In this document: in pieces, positions 10,515 to 21,167 of the stretch
Numbering within the stretch: the stretch's first letter is position 1
Layout: each line of letters starts with the position of its first letter
Virus record (IMG/VR): IMGVR_UViG_2049941000_000847
Reading direction: 5' to 3' (one strand)
Source of the DNA: an uncultured virus (IMG/VR IMGVR_UViG_2049941000_000847)
Taxonomy: Duplodnaviria > Heunggongvirae > Uroviricota > Caudoviricetes
DNA length: 64,000 bases
Notes under the pieces: model-generated
What the model was told of the DNA's origin: nothing
Seen by the model: only the letters and a program-made list of their open reading frames with translations
The model's database searches: none
Position numbers and translations under genes: made by a program

Positions 10515-10529
10515 GCCGCGCCACAAACC

Positions 10530-11486
10530 CTAAATCTTGTCGGCCCAGTCGCTGTTGATTATCTCTGATATTTCATCCGACGTGTAGTCGTCTCCATGGC
10601 CCTCCGGGAGATCGTAGACCGTCACGTCTATCATGCACGGAGTTCCGTCTCTACGTATAAGTTTTCTGTACTTGAACGAGTGGTCGCTTTCGTATTTGGA
10701 CTTCAGCTCCTTCAACGAGATCTTCCCACCAGCATATTCCGCCAGCTCTTCCTTGGTGCAGTTCCTGATCACGTGGACGAACTTCTTGTTTTCGGCCGAG
10801 TCGCAGTAGCTCCTGCTTGCCGTTTCCGATCCGTGGTACATGTGCACAAGCACGCTGTCTGACACTCTGACCGGCTTGTTGGTAAGCCTGCGGCATTTGT
10901 TCATGAACGCGTCATCTTCACCACCCCATCCGCAGAAGTCCTCGTCGAAGCCTCCTACGAGGTCGAACAGCTTCTTGGAAAACACGTTTATGCCGCCGGT
11001 ATAATGCTTTACCGGGAACACCGGAAGATTTGCGGAGTTTTCGTTTTTTGAGAAATTTAAGAAGCCCTCTTCGGAGTACTTCGTCGCCGACAGGTACCTG
11101 GAAGGCATCTCGGACAGCTTCTTGATGGAGTCGAAAGGGTATACTAGCGTCAGGGGGTGTTCGGACACGTATTCCACTGCCTTTAGTATGGCGGCTTTAG
11201 ATGCCGTGCAGTCATTGTCGCACATTACGATTATGTCGTTCTTAGCTAGACGGACAGCCCCGTTTATGGCCTTGCATTTGTTGAATCCTTTTGAATCGCT
11301 TTGGAACGTGTTGTGAATGACGGTTTCTAGGAGCGTTCCGGTGAGTGCACTTTCTTTGTCGATCTGCTCGGAGACTATTATCTCGGTGCCTGGAAAGCAT
11401 TTTGAGAGATAGGAGACGGTGAAGCCTAGGTTCCTCAGTCGGAAGGCGTTCTTCCCGTAGTGGGGGATTACTATGGAAAAGCTCAT
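10530..11486 (-). CDS. Glycosyltransferase, GT-A fold (GT2/GT7-like)
   Basis: FSIVIPHY, FNKCKAINGAV, DND motif, GGFDEDFCGWGGEDD. Confidence 0.85.
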   Translation of the reverse strand: MSFSIVIPHYGKNAFRLRNLGFTVSYLSKCFPGTEIIVSEQIDKESALTGTLLETVIHNTFQSDSKGFNKCKAINGAVRLAKNDIIVMCDNDCTASKAAILKAVEYVSEHPLTLVYPFDSIKKLSEMPSRYLSATKYSEEGFLNFSKNENSANLPVFPVKHYTGGINVFSKKLFDLVGGFDEDFCGWGGEDDAFMNKCRRLTNKPVRVSDSVLVHMYHGSETASRSYCDSAENKKFVHVIRNCTKEELAEYAGGKISLKELKSKYESDHSFKYRKLIRRDGTPCMIDVTVYDLPEGHGDDYTSDEISEIINSDWADKI

Positions 11487-11492
11487 GCGGAT

Positions 11493-11538
11493 AATATAGG
11501 TTTTTGGTATTCGCTTGTGCTGAGAAAAATACTATATT
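11493..11538. promoter_or_regulatory. Divergent pair of AAAAWMCTATATT promoters
   Basis: Minus copy 11493-11505 and plus copy 11525-11538 of a motif seen 15 times upstream of genes. Confidence 0.7.
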
Positions 11539-11573
11539 AAAGGTGCGGATGTTCCCGATTTTTATAAGTATTC

Positions 11574-11646
11574 GGATCAGTGGCGCAGGTGGTAGCGCAA
11601 GGAACTTTTAATTCCTGGGCCGTGGGTTCAAGTCCCACCTGATCCA
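11574..11646 (+). tRNA. tRNA-Lys (TTT)
   Basis: GGATCAG/CTGATCC acceptor, GCGC D stem, AGGAA-CTTTTAA-TTCCT anticodon arm, GTGGG-TTCAAGT-CCCAC T arm; CCA not encoded. Confidence 0.93.
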
Positions 11647-11691
11647 TTTAGATTGGATGGAATTGTTGAAAGAGATCATAGTGTTGAGATC

Positions 11692-11719
11692 GGCTAGTTG
11701 CAGGAATCGGTATACTGGG
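11692..11719 (+). tRNA. Probable 5' fragment of a second tRNA (Leu-like D arm), cut by a gap
   Basis: GGCTAGTTGCAGGAATCGGTATACTGGG resembles a class II D arm (GGAATTGGTAGAC-type); rest is N. Confidence 0.35.
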
Positions 11720-11797
11720 NNNNNNNNNNTTAAAATACTATATTAAGGACATGATGGTTAGAGTCCCTCTTTGGGCATACTAAATAAGGAGATAAGA

Positions 11798-13111
11798 ATG
11801 TTCGGAAAGTCTCTCGCGCACATTGAGAAGATTAAGAGCGTTAACCCTATCAATGGAGCTGACAACATTGAAAGGGTGACCGTTCTTGACTGGAACCTCA
11901 TCGCAAAGAAGGGTGATTTCAAGGAAGGTGATCTTGCCGTTTACGTAGAAATCGGCTCTATTCTCCCCGATGGTCTTTCCCCAGAAGATAAGGCCGCATA
12001 CGATGAACTGGACAAGATTCGTTCCGTTCACAAGAGTCGCGAGAATGCCATCAAGAAGGCCAAGGACAAGGGAACCGAAATTCCTGTTTTTGATGACGAT
12101 CTTGAACCCCTGGATGAAGTTGAACGAAAGATTGCCGAAATCCAGAAGCGGTCCAAGTATCCGGCATTTGAAGGACTTCGTTCTCGCAACTTCAAAGTCA
12201 AGACCCTGGTCCTTAATAAGTTCGATGTCATCTCCCAGGGCATTCTCTTTAACCCTGCCGAACTCGGAATTGATCCTTCCGATGTCAAGGTCGGCGCGGA
12301 CTTCACAGAGTTTCTTGGCATCACCGAAGTCATGGAAGATGCCGAAGAAGCTGGTGTCGCCGGGAACGAAAAGAGCGGTCCCCTGTTCCAGTTCATCGAT
12401 CGCAAGCTGATGCGGTATAGCTGGTATCGCAAGTGGAAGAAGGATCACAAGGATCGTGGCGACTGGCTTCCGTTCTTCCCTCCGAAGAGCGATGAGGTGA
12501 ATGCCCAGGTCATCTATTCTGATATGTACGAAAAGAACAAGGACAAGGAATTCGTGGCCACTGAAAAGCTGGAAGGTCAGTCCATTGCCATTTGTTCCAA
12601 GTATGTGACCGTTTTCCCATTCATCAAGCGCAAGAAGATTTTTGTGGCGTCCCGTTCTCGCAATCTTCCAATCAAGGGCTGCAATGATATGCAGTTCTGG
12701 AAGACCGTGAAGAATCTCGGAATTGACAAGAAGCTGATGAATGTTCCTGGTGAATGGTTCATCCGCGGAGAGCACCTCGGGCCGAAGATTCAGAAGAACA
12801 TCTACAAGCTCCCTTCCTACGACATCCGATTCTATGATGTGTTCCCCTTCAACAAGGAAACCAAGAAGTTTGACACCAAGCTCAACTACGAGGAAACGGT
12901 AAAGTTCTGCAATGATAATGGGTTTGATTACGTCCCTGTCATTGACGAACATTTCAAGCTTCCCTCGGATGTTCAGGAGATGCTGAAGATTTCCAATGGC
13001 AAGACGGTCTTTGGAAACAATCTCAAGCACGCTCGTGAAGGTCTCGTTCTTCGTGCCAGGGATGACTTTTCCATCTCCTTCAAGGCGAAGTCTCCGGAAT
13101 ACTCTCTTTGA
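11798..13111 (+). CDS. ATP-dependent RNA ligase, DRB0094/DraRnl-like
   Basis: N-domain LAHIEKI..INGADNIE..GDLAVYVEIGSILP; motifs KLEGQS, RGEHLG, FYDV, EGLVLR, FKAKSPEY; ATG after AAGGAG. Confidence 0.88.
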   Translation: MFGKSLAHIEKIKSVNPINGADNIERVTVLDWNLIAKKGDFKEGDLAVYVEIGSILPDGLSPEDKAAYDELDKIRSVHKSRENAIKKAKDKGTEIPVFDDDLEPLDEVERKIAEIQKRSKYPAFEGLRSRNFKVKTLVLNKFDVISQGILFNPAELGIDPSDVKVGADFTEFLGITEVMEDAEEAGVAGNEKSGPLFQFIDRKLMRYSWYRKWKKDHKDRGDWLPFFPPKSDEVNAQVIYSDMYEKNKDKEFVATEKLEGQSIAICSKYVTVFPFIKRKKIFVASRSRNLPIKGCNDMQFWKTVKNLGIDKKLMNVPGEWFIRGEHLGPKIQKNIYKLPSYDIRFYDVFPFNKETKKFDTKLNYEETVKFCNDNGFDYVPVIDEHFKLPSDVQEMLKISNGKTVFGNNLKHAREGLVLRARDDFSISFKAKSPEYSL

Positions 13112-13154
13112 GCGGGGTTTACTAGGTACATAAGTCCCAAGGAGAATTTCAAAG

Positions 13155-13928
13155 ATGAGCAAAGTTCTAGTAATACCAGACGTTCACCAGAAGACCGAAA
13201 CCCTCGATCTCGTTACGGGCGAGTTCGACGAATGCGTCATGCTCGGCGACTATGTCGATCATTGGGTTTCCGATATCTGGTGGAACGACGACAACAGAAA
13301 TCCGATCTCCATTCTGGAACGCATTCATTCCCTTAAGGAAAAGTATGGCGATCGAATTCATGTGCTTCTCGGAAACCATGACCTGACATATTTGTCATTG
13401 GGAAATCTGAATGAGGCAGAAAGGTTTTTGGCCACCTCCGTGTCCGGACATCAGAAGAAGCACGAAGCTGAAATCGCGTCCAAGATGGACGAGGTTTCCG
13501 ACATGTTCGAAATCGCGTGCGAAATCGATGGGATTGTCTATTCTCATGCCGGGTTCTCCAAGACATGGGCTGATGCCGCTCGCAAGATGCAAAAGAAAGA
13601 TGACCTCGGCACAATTGACCTGGCCAATGGATTGCTCTTGAATAGAAAAACAAAAAGAGGAGCCAAGAGATTGCACGAACTCCTGGACCACTGCTCGTTC
13701 AGCCCTAGCGGCAATAGCCGATTCGAAGGACCGCTGTGGATACGCCCAGAGGCTCTTCTCAACGACATTCTGTTCAAGAAACAGATCGTTGGTCACACAG
13801 AATATGATAACCCAACCATGCATTATGGGTGGAACGACGACACGTTTGTATTCGTTGCCGATACTCGGGAACATTTGATCCCGACGTGGGTGAATGACGG
13901 TGAGGTTCTCGGGAGAAGCCCGGAATAG
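13155..13928 (+). CDS. Calcineurin-like metallophosphoesterase
   Basis: PDVH, LGDYVD, LGNHD, SHAG, VGHT. Confidence 0.9.
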   Translation: MSKVLVIPDVHQKTETLDLVTGEFDECVMLGDYVDHWVSDIWWNDDNRNPISILERIHSLKEKYGDRIHVLLGNHDLTYLSLGNLNEAERFLATSVSGHQKKHEAEIASKMDEVSDMFEIACEIDGIVYSHAGFSKTWADAARKMQKKDDLGTIDLANGLLLNRKTKRGAKRLHELLDHCSFSPSGNSRFEGPLWIRPEALLNDILFKKQIVGHTEYDNPTMHYGWNDDTFVFVADTREHLIPTWVNDGEVLGRSPE

Positions 13929-13954
13929 TTTTTGATAATAGCGAGGATTGAACA

Positions 13955-14407
13955 ATGTCTCTTGATATCGACCTAACGTGGAAGAAAGGAAGAAAGAAGT
14001 TCAGCGATGGCCTGAACATCACTCACAATGCCGGGAAGATAGCACAACACGTACCGGTAGGAGAGATCGATGGAAAGAAGCTCACGTTGTATGACGTTCT
14101 GTGGAACCACGATGGCGTCGAGTGGAAAGCCGGAGACATAATCAAGTATCTTGAAGTCGGGCTGAAATACATGTCCGACAACTGCAATAAACTGAAGCGC
14201 TACGAGACGATCATTAAGCAGAACATTGAGATCACCCCAGATGGGAAACTACATATAACCGATCGTCCCGAGGATATGTGGTATAAATGGGGTCAGTTGG
14301 AAGACGAGGATGGGTATGGCCGTCGCTATGGCATTATTCCGTTCACAGAACAGCTTCTTGTGCTGTGCATCAAGCATCCTGACGCCACGATTGAGTGGGA
14401 TCGATGA
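13955..14407 (+). CDS. Phage hypothetical protein
   Basis: MSLDIDL...NITHN motif, GAGGA RBS. Confidence 0.65.
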   Translation: MSLDIDLTWKKGRKKFSDGLNITHNAGKIAQHVPVGEIDGKKLTLYDVLWNHDGVEWKAGDIIKYLEVGLKYMSDNCNKLKRYETIIKQNIEITPDGKLHITDRPEDMWYKWGQLEDEDGYGRRYGIIPFTEQLLVLCIKHPDATIEWDR

Positions 14408-14416
14408 GATAGGAGG

Positions 14417-14989
14417 TTGAACATGATCGAAGGCATCGAACCAACCGGAGCTCTTACCGCCGAGAAGACGCTACAAAAAATCCAGAAACAGGAAGTGTTG
14501 GAAGATCTCAAGGAGATCGGCCTGATCGACGAAAACGTCACGCTTCAGGAATTCAACGTCTCGTTGGACGCGATCAAAGATGCCATCGAGAAAAGCATTG
14601 AAAAGACACGTGCGAAGGAAAGACTTGTCCGCGCAGGAATCGTGGATGAAAGCGGTCGATTGACGAAATATTACCAGGACGAACCCGCGGCTGATGGGGT
14701 GCAGATGGAAGACAAAGAAATGACAGAACCAGTGGAAGAGGAGTCCGCGGTGGATGCCCTCGACAAGTACGCGATGGAATCGATGAAGAGCACGATGACG
14801 GCAAAGGAGAAGATCACACTTGTTGTCAATGCGGTTAGGAAAATCGCCATAGTGTATGGAACGATCCGTTCTATAGACGACGAATCGAAGAGATCAAAGA
14901 TATTGCTGGAAGACAGCGGAAATCGTCTTCTGTCGTTGATGGACACCCTTTTGAAGGAGTTGGAAGATGGAAAAGATAAGCAAGACTGA
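14417..14989 (+). CDS. Hypothetical protein
   Basis: AGGAGG RBS, co-directional ORF. Confidence 0.6.
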   Translation: MNMIEGIEPTGALTAEKTLQKIQKQEVLEDLKEIGLIDENVTLQEFNVSLDAIKDAIEKSIEKTRAKERLVRAGIVDESGRLTKYYQDEPAADGVQMEDKEMTEPVEEESAVDALDKYAMESMKSTMTAKEKITLVVNAVRKIAIVYGTIRSIDDESKRSKILLEDSGNRLLSLMDTLLKELEDGKDKQD

Positions 14990-15283
14990 ACGGATCATGT
15001 TCGCCATTATGGAAGTGGTCGCGACAATTAGCTTCGTGGCGTTCGTATTTTTCTTCTGCTGGGCGATAAGCAAGTTCGCCACGTGGGTGCTTTTCTAATG
15101 GGGGCTGGCATGAAGAACATCGAGAAGGCTGATTACGACGTGCTAAAGCAATACGGAAAGTACGTGCTTGTTGCTGCGATAGTGGCTTTTGGCGGAATGG
15201 TCATGTGCTGGCTGTTGAAGCTGGCTTTGTTTGCCTGGATGGTCTGGTTCGTCATTTTCCGGCTTCCGGTGATGTTCTAATGG

Positions 15284-15763
15284 ATGGGGATGCAGATGAG
15301 AGTATATCTTGATAGAGACGGCACCGAGCTGGTATGGCGCGAATACAACGGCAAAGAGATCGGCAAAGTGGTGCGCGTTATCAAATACGAAGAATTCCAC
15401 CGAACTAAAAGTTCCGAGCTGTTTTCGTTCGACATTCTCGATCCACTGGCGGTCGACGAGAACGTAATTAAGGAAGTTTTTAATTATGTGGGGTGGGCTA
15501 GCAAAAACAAAATGCCTTTCGGAGCGATGTTCGAGTACATTGCGCCCATGCTGAAGAAACAATGGAAGGAGATTACTGGACACGATTGTCCCATTTCATC
15601 CCCGGTGCCGTGCGAGGGAGGTTCTGCCTACGAAAAGAGCAAAGATGCTGTAGCGTCTGGGAACGGGGTCGATGTAGACAAGGTTTGCGGGTACATAGAC
15701 GAAATCATCGAGCGTCTTGAGCGTATCCGAGACGAGATCCGCAAGAGTGGGAGTAGATCGTGA
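15284..15763 (+). CDS. Hypothetical protein
   Basis: ORF in same operon. Confidence 0.55.
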   Translation: MGMQMRVYLDRDGTELVWREYNGKEIGKVVRVIKYEEFHRTKSSELFSFDILDPLAVDENVIKEVFNYVGWASKNKMPFGAMFEYIAPMLKKQWKEITGHDCPISSPVPCEGGSAYEKSKDAVASGNGVDVDKVCGYIDEIIERLERIRDEIRKSGSRS

Positions 15764-15954
15764 CTGAAGACGAAATTGATATCTGGGAAGATGCGTATGA
15801 ACTTGAGCGAGCGCGGCGGCGTCTCGGATACCTCGAGAACAAGCTTGCGAAAAAGGCAGAGGAACGCGGAATTACAGAAACGCAGCTATGTGGCATTAAA
15901 GCCGCGATGAAGGTACGGGTCGACGAAGAGTTCAGGGGTACGCAGGACGCATAG
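15760..15954 (+). CDS. Small hypothetical protein
   Basis: GTGA overlap with upstream stop. Confidence 0.45.
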   Translation: MTEDEIDIWEDAYELERARRRLGYLENKLAKKAEERGITETQLCGIKAAMKVRVDEEFRGTQDA

Positions 15955-15976
15955 AGCCGGAACCGACAAAACGGCG

Positions 15977-16612
15977 CTATCTTGCGATGCAGTTGATCGG
16001 GCGGCCGAATTCCGGCTTGTTCAACCGTATTATCTTCTTGAATATGTACGAGAACGTCACGGTGAACTTCACGGCCGACGGTTGGTCGAACGTGTGCGTT
16101 ATGGACGACAGGGCCGTTGGGAAGCAGTGATAGAACTTGGTTATCTGGTGCTTCTGCATCGAGTCGTCGGCGATGTGGATCTCTATGAACGGTATATACG
16201 TCCTACGGTTCCTGTAGAAGCCGTCGTTCCCATACACGTACGAGTTGATGTTCCTGTCCGGGAAGCCGTCGTGGAAGCCACTACGGATCGTGTCCATGTA
16301 ACGGTGTATTGCCCAGTAGTTCTCCATGCGGTCGTCCGCTATCATCGTCACCGTGAACGTGCCATCCCCGTACGTCTGCTCTTCGGACACCGGGATCTGC
16401 ACGCGTGCGCAATATGCGAACTGGTCGACATAGGATATTGACATGCCAGGGTCGACGACCTGCGTTATGTTGGCGTTTATCATCTCGAACGTCGGGGAGT
16501 CCTCTTCCTCGAACGAGATGGGCATGGATCCGATGACGCACCTGGTGGTTCCCTGGTGCAGTCTTCCCGGATTCCTGTCCAATCCGTAGTTTTGGTAACG
16601 AGGCGTCGACAT
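15977..16612 (-). CDS. T4 gp3-like tail tube terminator (tube fold)
   Basis: ITQVVDPGMSI...FTVTMIADDRMENYWAIHRYM...FYHCFPTALSSI...FTVTFSY pattern typical of gp3/gp19 family. Confidence 0.65.
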   Translation of the reverse strand: MSTPRYQNYGLDRNPGRLHQGTTRCVIGSMPISFEEEDSPTFEMINANITQVVDPGMSISYVDQFAYCARVQIPVSEEQTYGDGTFTVTMIADDRMENYWAIHRYMDTIRSGFHDGFPDRNINSYVYGNDGFYRNRRTYIPFIEIHIADDSMQKHQITKFYHCFPTALSSITHTFDQPSAVKFTVTFSYIFKKIIRLNKPEFGRPINCIAR

Positions 16613-16637
16613 GGGTTATCCAGATCCTAACGAAACG

Positions 16638-19600
16638 CTACTCCACCAATGACTTGAGAACTCTTATGGCGTATTTTACAATAGTGCCGGAATCGAATTT
16701 TATTGAGTTCACGAAAGCAATCACTGAAAAAATTCCATCCCCACCGCAAGAGGAGCTAAGAGCTTCCGCAAGTTTGTCTCTCTTCCTGTTGTCCTTTAGT
16801 ATGTCCTGCATGGCATTGTCAAGCGCAAAGTTGTTGACAGTTTCCCCGATGGTGAATTTCTTCTTATTTTTATCTTTAAATACAAACGGAGCGCCGTCCT
16901 TTTCTTCCACCTTCTTTATAAGGTAGATCACTATAGCCCTGCATGCCGCATTGGCTCTTTCGGTCTTGCTGCCAGCGTTCGCGTCATATCTGCTTGTGAA
17001 TAGACCGCCATTTCCAGACAATGCATCCTTCATCTGGTCCGTAGTTATTGTCTTCAGTTCCTTTATTATGTTCTCCGCATTTACCGGTTTCTTTTGTTTC
17101 TTGTCCTTGGCTCTTTCAACGGCAAGTTCGTATTCTTTATAGTACTGGGCAAATTCCGCGTCCTTTTTGAATATGTCGTTGCTGAAAACGAAATTTGCAT
17201 CTGCTTCGGATTTTTTGTTTAGAGAAGCAATATACCTGTCGCTCTTCGAGAATTCCAAAGAAGAGATGATGTTCTTTAGCTGAGAGGATTTATTTTCCGG
17301 ATTTCCCGAGATGACCGAAAGTAGCAGCTCTCCGCTATCCTTCGCGGTATCAATATTCATCTTATTTGATTTATCGAACGAAACATTTTCAATTATGCCG
17401 TCTACAACTGCATTGAAGTCGTTTTTAACCACCCCAACCGCAGATCCGATTATGGTATTCTTCATCTTTTGGCTTATCTTTTCACGTTCCGCTCCACGCA
17501 AAGAGAATAGTCTGTCATATTCTTTTTTAAGCTCTTCCTTCTTCGACGGATCGGATTCATTTTCAATGTTTTCCTTTACAGTATCCATTTCTTCGTCGAT
17601 CTTCCCGACCGTGCGCCCGTATTCATCGAAGCTATTATAGAACTTGACCCTTAGATCGTTTGAGGTACTGATTATAAGAAGAAGTATTGCGGCGGCCATC
17701 TTCTGGATACGTTCGTCCGGCGTACCGCAAACATCGATTGAGATTCGTTCTGACACTGATTTCAACTTTTCGTAGTCCTTGATGTTCTTATTGATGAAGG
17801 CGTCATAATATGATCCACCGGAGCCGGTGTTCTTTTCTGCCGTTGTCAGGCCGAGACCACCATATATCATAAGGTAGATCATGTCACCGTATGATATATT
17901 TTCAGGGTTCCTGGATTCGTTGAGTTCGTCTATCAATTCCTGTATCTTTATCGTCATTGAATTTATTGCGTCTTTATGAACCTGGAACGCTTTTTCTGAC
18001 ATAGTCTGTACATCGCCGGTTTCCGGGTACATATCTTTAAAGAGACCACCTCCCTTAAAGTTCATCTCCTCGTTTTTGGTCTTGAGTAGGTCAATTATCT
18101 TGCCATAGGCGTCTCTAATGGAGTCCATTCCGTCCGGGCCGCCATCCGTTCCGATGACAGCATCAAGGAACCTGCGAATTCCGCTATTGTCGTCGAAGAG
18201 GTATCCAGACACATTTCCAAAGTTCTCGTCTCCGAGCGTATCGCACATTCTCTTTGTAAGGTATTCTATGATGCTGTCCGGAACAACCTTTGATATGTGG
18301 TCAATTATGTTTTCGTTTTTGAACTTGTTCGGAAGGTCTTTGTGTTTCGCTGGGTATAGAACGATAGCACATATTTGAGCGACGACTGATGCATATGTAG
18401 TCACGTTCTTCATGGAATCATCGTACGTATTTCGATAGTTTTGCACAGCAGGGAACCAGTCAGGTGCAACCTCGTTTGACACCACTTTACCGCCCCCATC
18501 CCTTGTGTTAAAGCTTCCGGCAAGCGTTGCGATAGTATCGTCTTTCACAACGTCCTCGTTCGGCTCACCGAATACGATGACGTCTTTTCCGAATTTGTTT
18601 TCTTCGCCTATCTTGAAATCGTTTGGCGGGTTGATAGGTATCGCGACGCCATTTTCCACGGTTTCGAATTTATTCAGTAGCGGACGAAGTATGCCTGTGG
18701 CGTCATACTTCGCAACGTTTTCTATTTCGCGCATGATGCGTTCTTCGTCTACGGGTTCCGTTTCGGCTCCTTTTGATCTCAGATCGTCGAAGAACGAACG
18801 CACGGAATAAAAATCTGATTTTCTTGAGTTATACGAGGTGTTTCCTTCGTCGTCTTTCATAATCGTAGGACGACCGCCTTTTTCCAGGATGTTTTGATAC
18901 ATCTTTATTTTTTCCTTTCTTTCTTCCTCGTCATATGTTTTGTATTTGAAGTAAGCTTTGATCGGATCCCAGTCGTTTGGGTGATCCTGACAGTATTCGT
19001 ACATATCGTCCAGGAGCTCCATGTAGTTTTGCGGAAGCTTGGAGATGTTTACAGGAATATCGTCACCGGGATTCTCAAAGGCCTTTTCGTTGCCGTCTGC
19101 CCCACCGCTCCTTTCCTGTCGTTCCGTAACGACGTCACTGATATCTCTTTCCGGCTTCTGTTCACCGGAATTGGAACCCTTCCGTCCGCCTGCTTTGGAG
19201 TCATTCCATGACGACTTTCTCATGTCATCGAACTCTTGGTTTATTATACCGCTTCCTTCCGCGGAGTTTCCGGCTGCCTGCGAATTTAATTCTCTAACCA
19301 GGTTTGTAATTTTGTCATGCGCTTTCGCATAGAACAGAGATTTGAATATGTTTAGCGCATCCGGCGATTTTGCCATGTTCAAGCAGAATATGCATAGCGC
19401 TGTCGATCCACGATCTTCTATTACGGCTCTGTTGTCTTCAACTCCAAGAAGAAGTTTTGCCAGCGCAATGGAATTGTCGTATTTTCCCTCTGTGGCGGTT
19501 ATGAGTCCCTGAGGAATCAAATTGCTGATGTTATAGCATGTTTCCAGCACTCCGGTGCCCTGTCCAAACTTTTCCTTTCGTTCTACTGTGATGTATCCTT

Positions 19601-21099
19601 CTCTGTCGTTTGTTTCGACCACATTGATCTTTCCGACAAGATTCCCGGTTCCGTCGTAATATTTTTTGTGCCGTGGTACATAATGCGCACCGTTGGNNNN
19701 NNNNNNNNNNNNNNATCATGACAGGATCCGGTTCGATAAACATGAGCACACAGCTCCTGAACACTNNNNNNNNNNCGAAGTCCATTTCATTCGGCCAGAC
19801 ATTCGCCGTAGCTTCTCCTTCCCCTGGCATCTTCGCCTTTACAAACGTTCCGTGTGTCGGAAGTTTTGCGGGGGCATTTGCGGGGTCATAGTCCTGTATA
19901 CCGGCGTCTTGCATAGTTGTTCCTATCAAATTGAATTTGAACATGGTCTCAAAGTTCTGCCAGTCCACACCCCGCGTTCTTCCTATTATCCACTTTTTTC
20001 TGCTAAGGGCGTCTTTTACAAGAGTGTAGTAAAGAGCCAGCATTATGTTTTCTCTCGGCGACCCATCTCCTCTGGATTTTTTTAGCTCTTCCATTGTCTG
20101 TGGTTTTAGCTGGAAATCTCCTCTATTCGCTGCGATCGAGTAGAACAGAATTATTGCCGCGGGGAAGTCGTCATACAAGAGACGGCCGCGACCAGGTTTG
20201 CACTCAACCCGATCGACCTCATCTTTGATAAGCTGTGCATCATCTGGATCCAACACGATCCCTTCACCGGACGAGTCCTGATTATCGGACGTCGCAATTT
20301 CAATTTTTTTCTCAAGCGCTTCGGCGTTTTTCCTGTATTTGTCTATGTCCTTCAACCTATCTATTACAAGATCGAGGTCCTTCTTGTATTTCATCGGGAT
20401 CTGCACGGAAGCACTGACCTTTTTGGACATCACATCTTTCATTCTCCCAATCGTGGCTTCTCTCATTTTATTGTATTTTGATCTTATATTTTCCGCCTCC
20501 AACGATATGTCGGTAAGGCGCTTTTCCAGTTCTCCGAAAGTCTTTACATCATCGATGTTCTGTATATTGCTGGCATTTATGTGCGGGGCAGCTTCCTTTG
20601 TTTTTGCATATCCGCCTACATTCTTTAAACTGCCGGTGTCCGACAGTTTGTTTATCTCCACGATCACCTCGTTTATTTTGTCTATTGTCGAGTTTATGTT
20701 GGCTTTCGTGGAATCATCAACCGTTTCATCGGCTGGTTTATCGGTTACTTTATCGTTTTGAGAGTCTATCTCTTTGATCGCTTTGTCGATTTTTGCGCCA
20801 AAATCTTCTTTAATATTAGCAGCGGCGGAGACAGCCTTCTCTCCAAGGAGTTTTTTTATGTTTTCAAGGGAATTTATTTCTTTTCTCAGCTCCATGCTCC
20901 TTTGCACGAGCCCTTTAAAGATATTATATTTTTCCCCAACGTCTTGACCAGAAACACCCGACTCGCTGTCACCGGCTTCCAATATGGCCGCTACCCCGGC
21001 TCTGAAGGATTCCATCAACGTCTTGAATTTTCTTCCGGAAATGGACTCCATGAAAGTACGAAGTTCCTTCATTATTCCACGTCGCTGCTGTCTGTTCAT
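16638..21099 (-). CDS. Very large alpha-helical putative internal head protein (two ORFs, 16638-19622 and 19531-21099, probably one gene broken by gaps at 19697-19775)
   Basis: Long charged helical ORFs; leader TFMESIS...LMES...ILEA; TATAAACT upstream. Confidence 0.55.
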
Positions 21100-21131
21100 G
21101 TGTGTACCAGGTGGTCGGTATTGCTGCCTAT

Positions 21132-21143
21132 AGTTTATAAACT
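21132..21143. promoter_or_regulatory. Palindromic bidirectional late-type promoter AGTTTATAAACT
   Basis: Between divergent structural genes. Confidence 0.7.
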
Positions 21144-21167
21144 TATGTAGAAACATCGCGGGTAAAC

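Noticed and set aside
11780..13162. Long antisense or alternate-frame ORFs (e.g. 11780-13162, 34536-35915, 44584-45462)
   Set aside because: Shadows of well-supported genes, with no motifs or RBS
19715..19765. Identical copy of sequence from about 22959-23008 inside the giant minus-strand gene
   Set aside because: Isolated between two N runs; misplaced contig fragment
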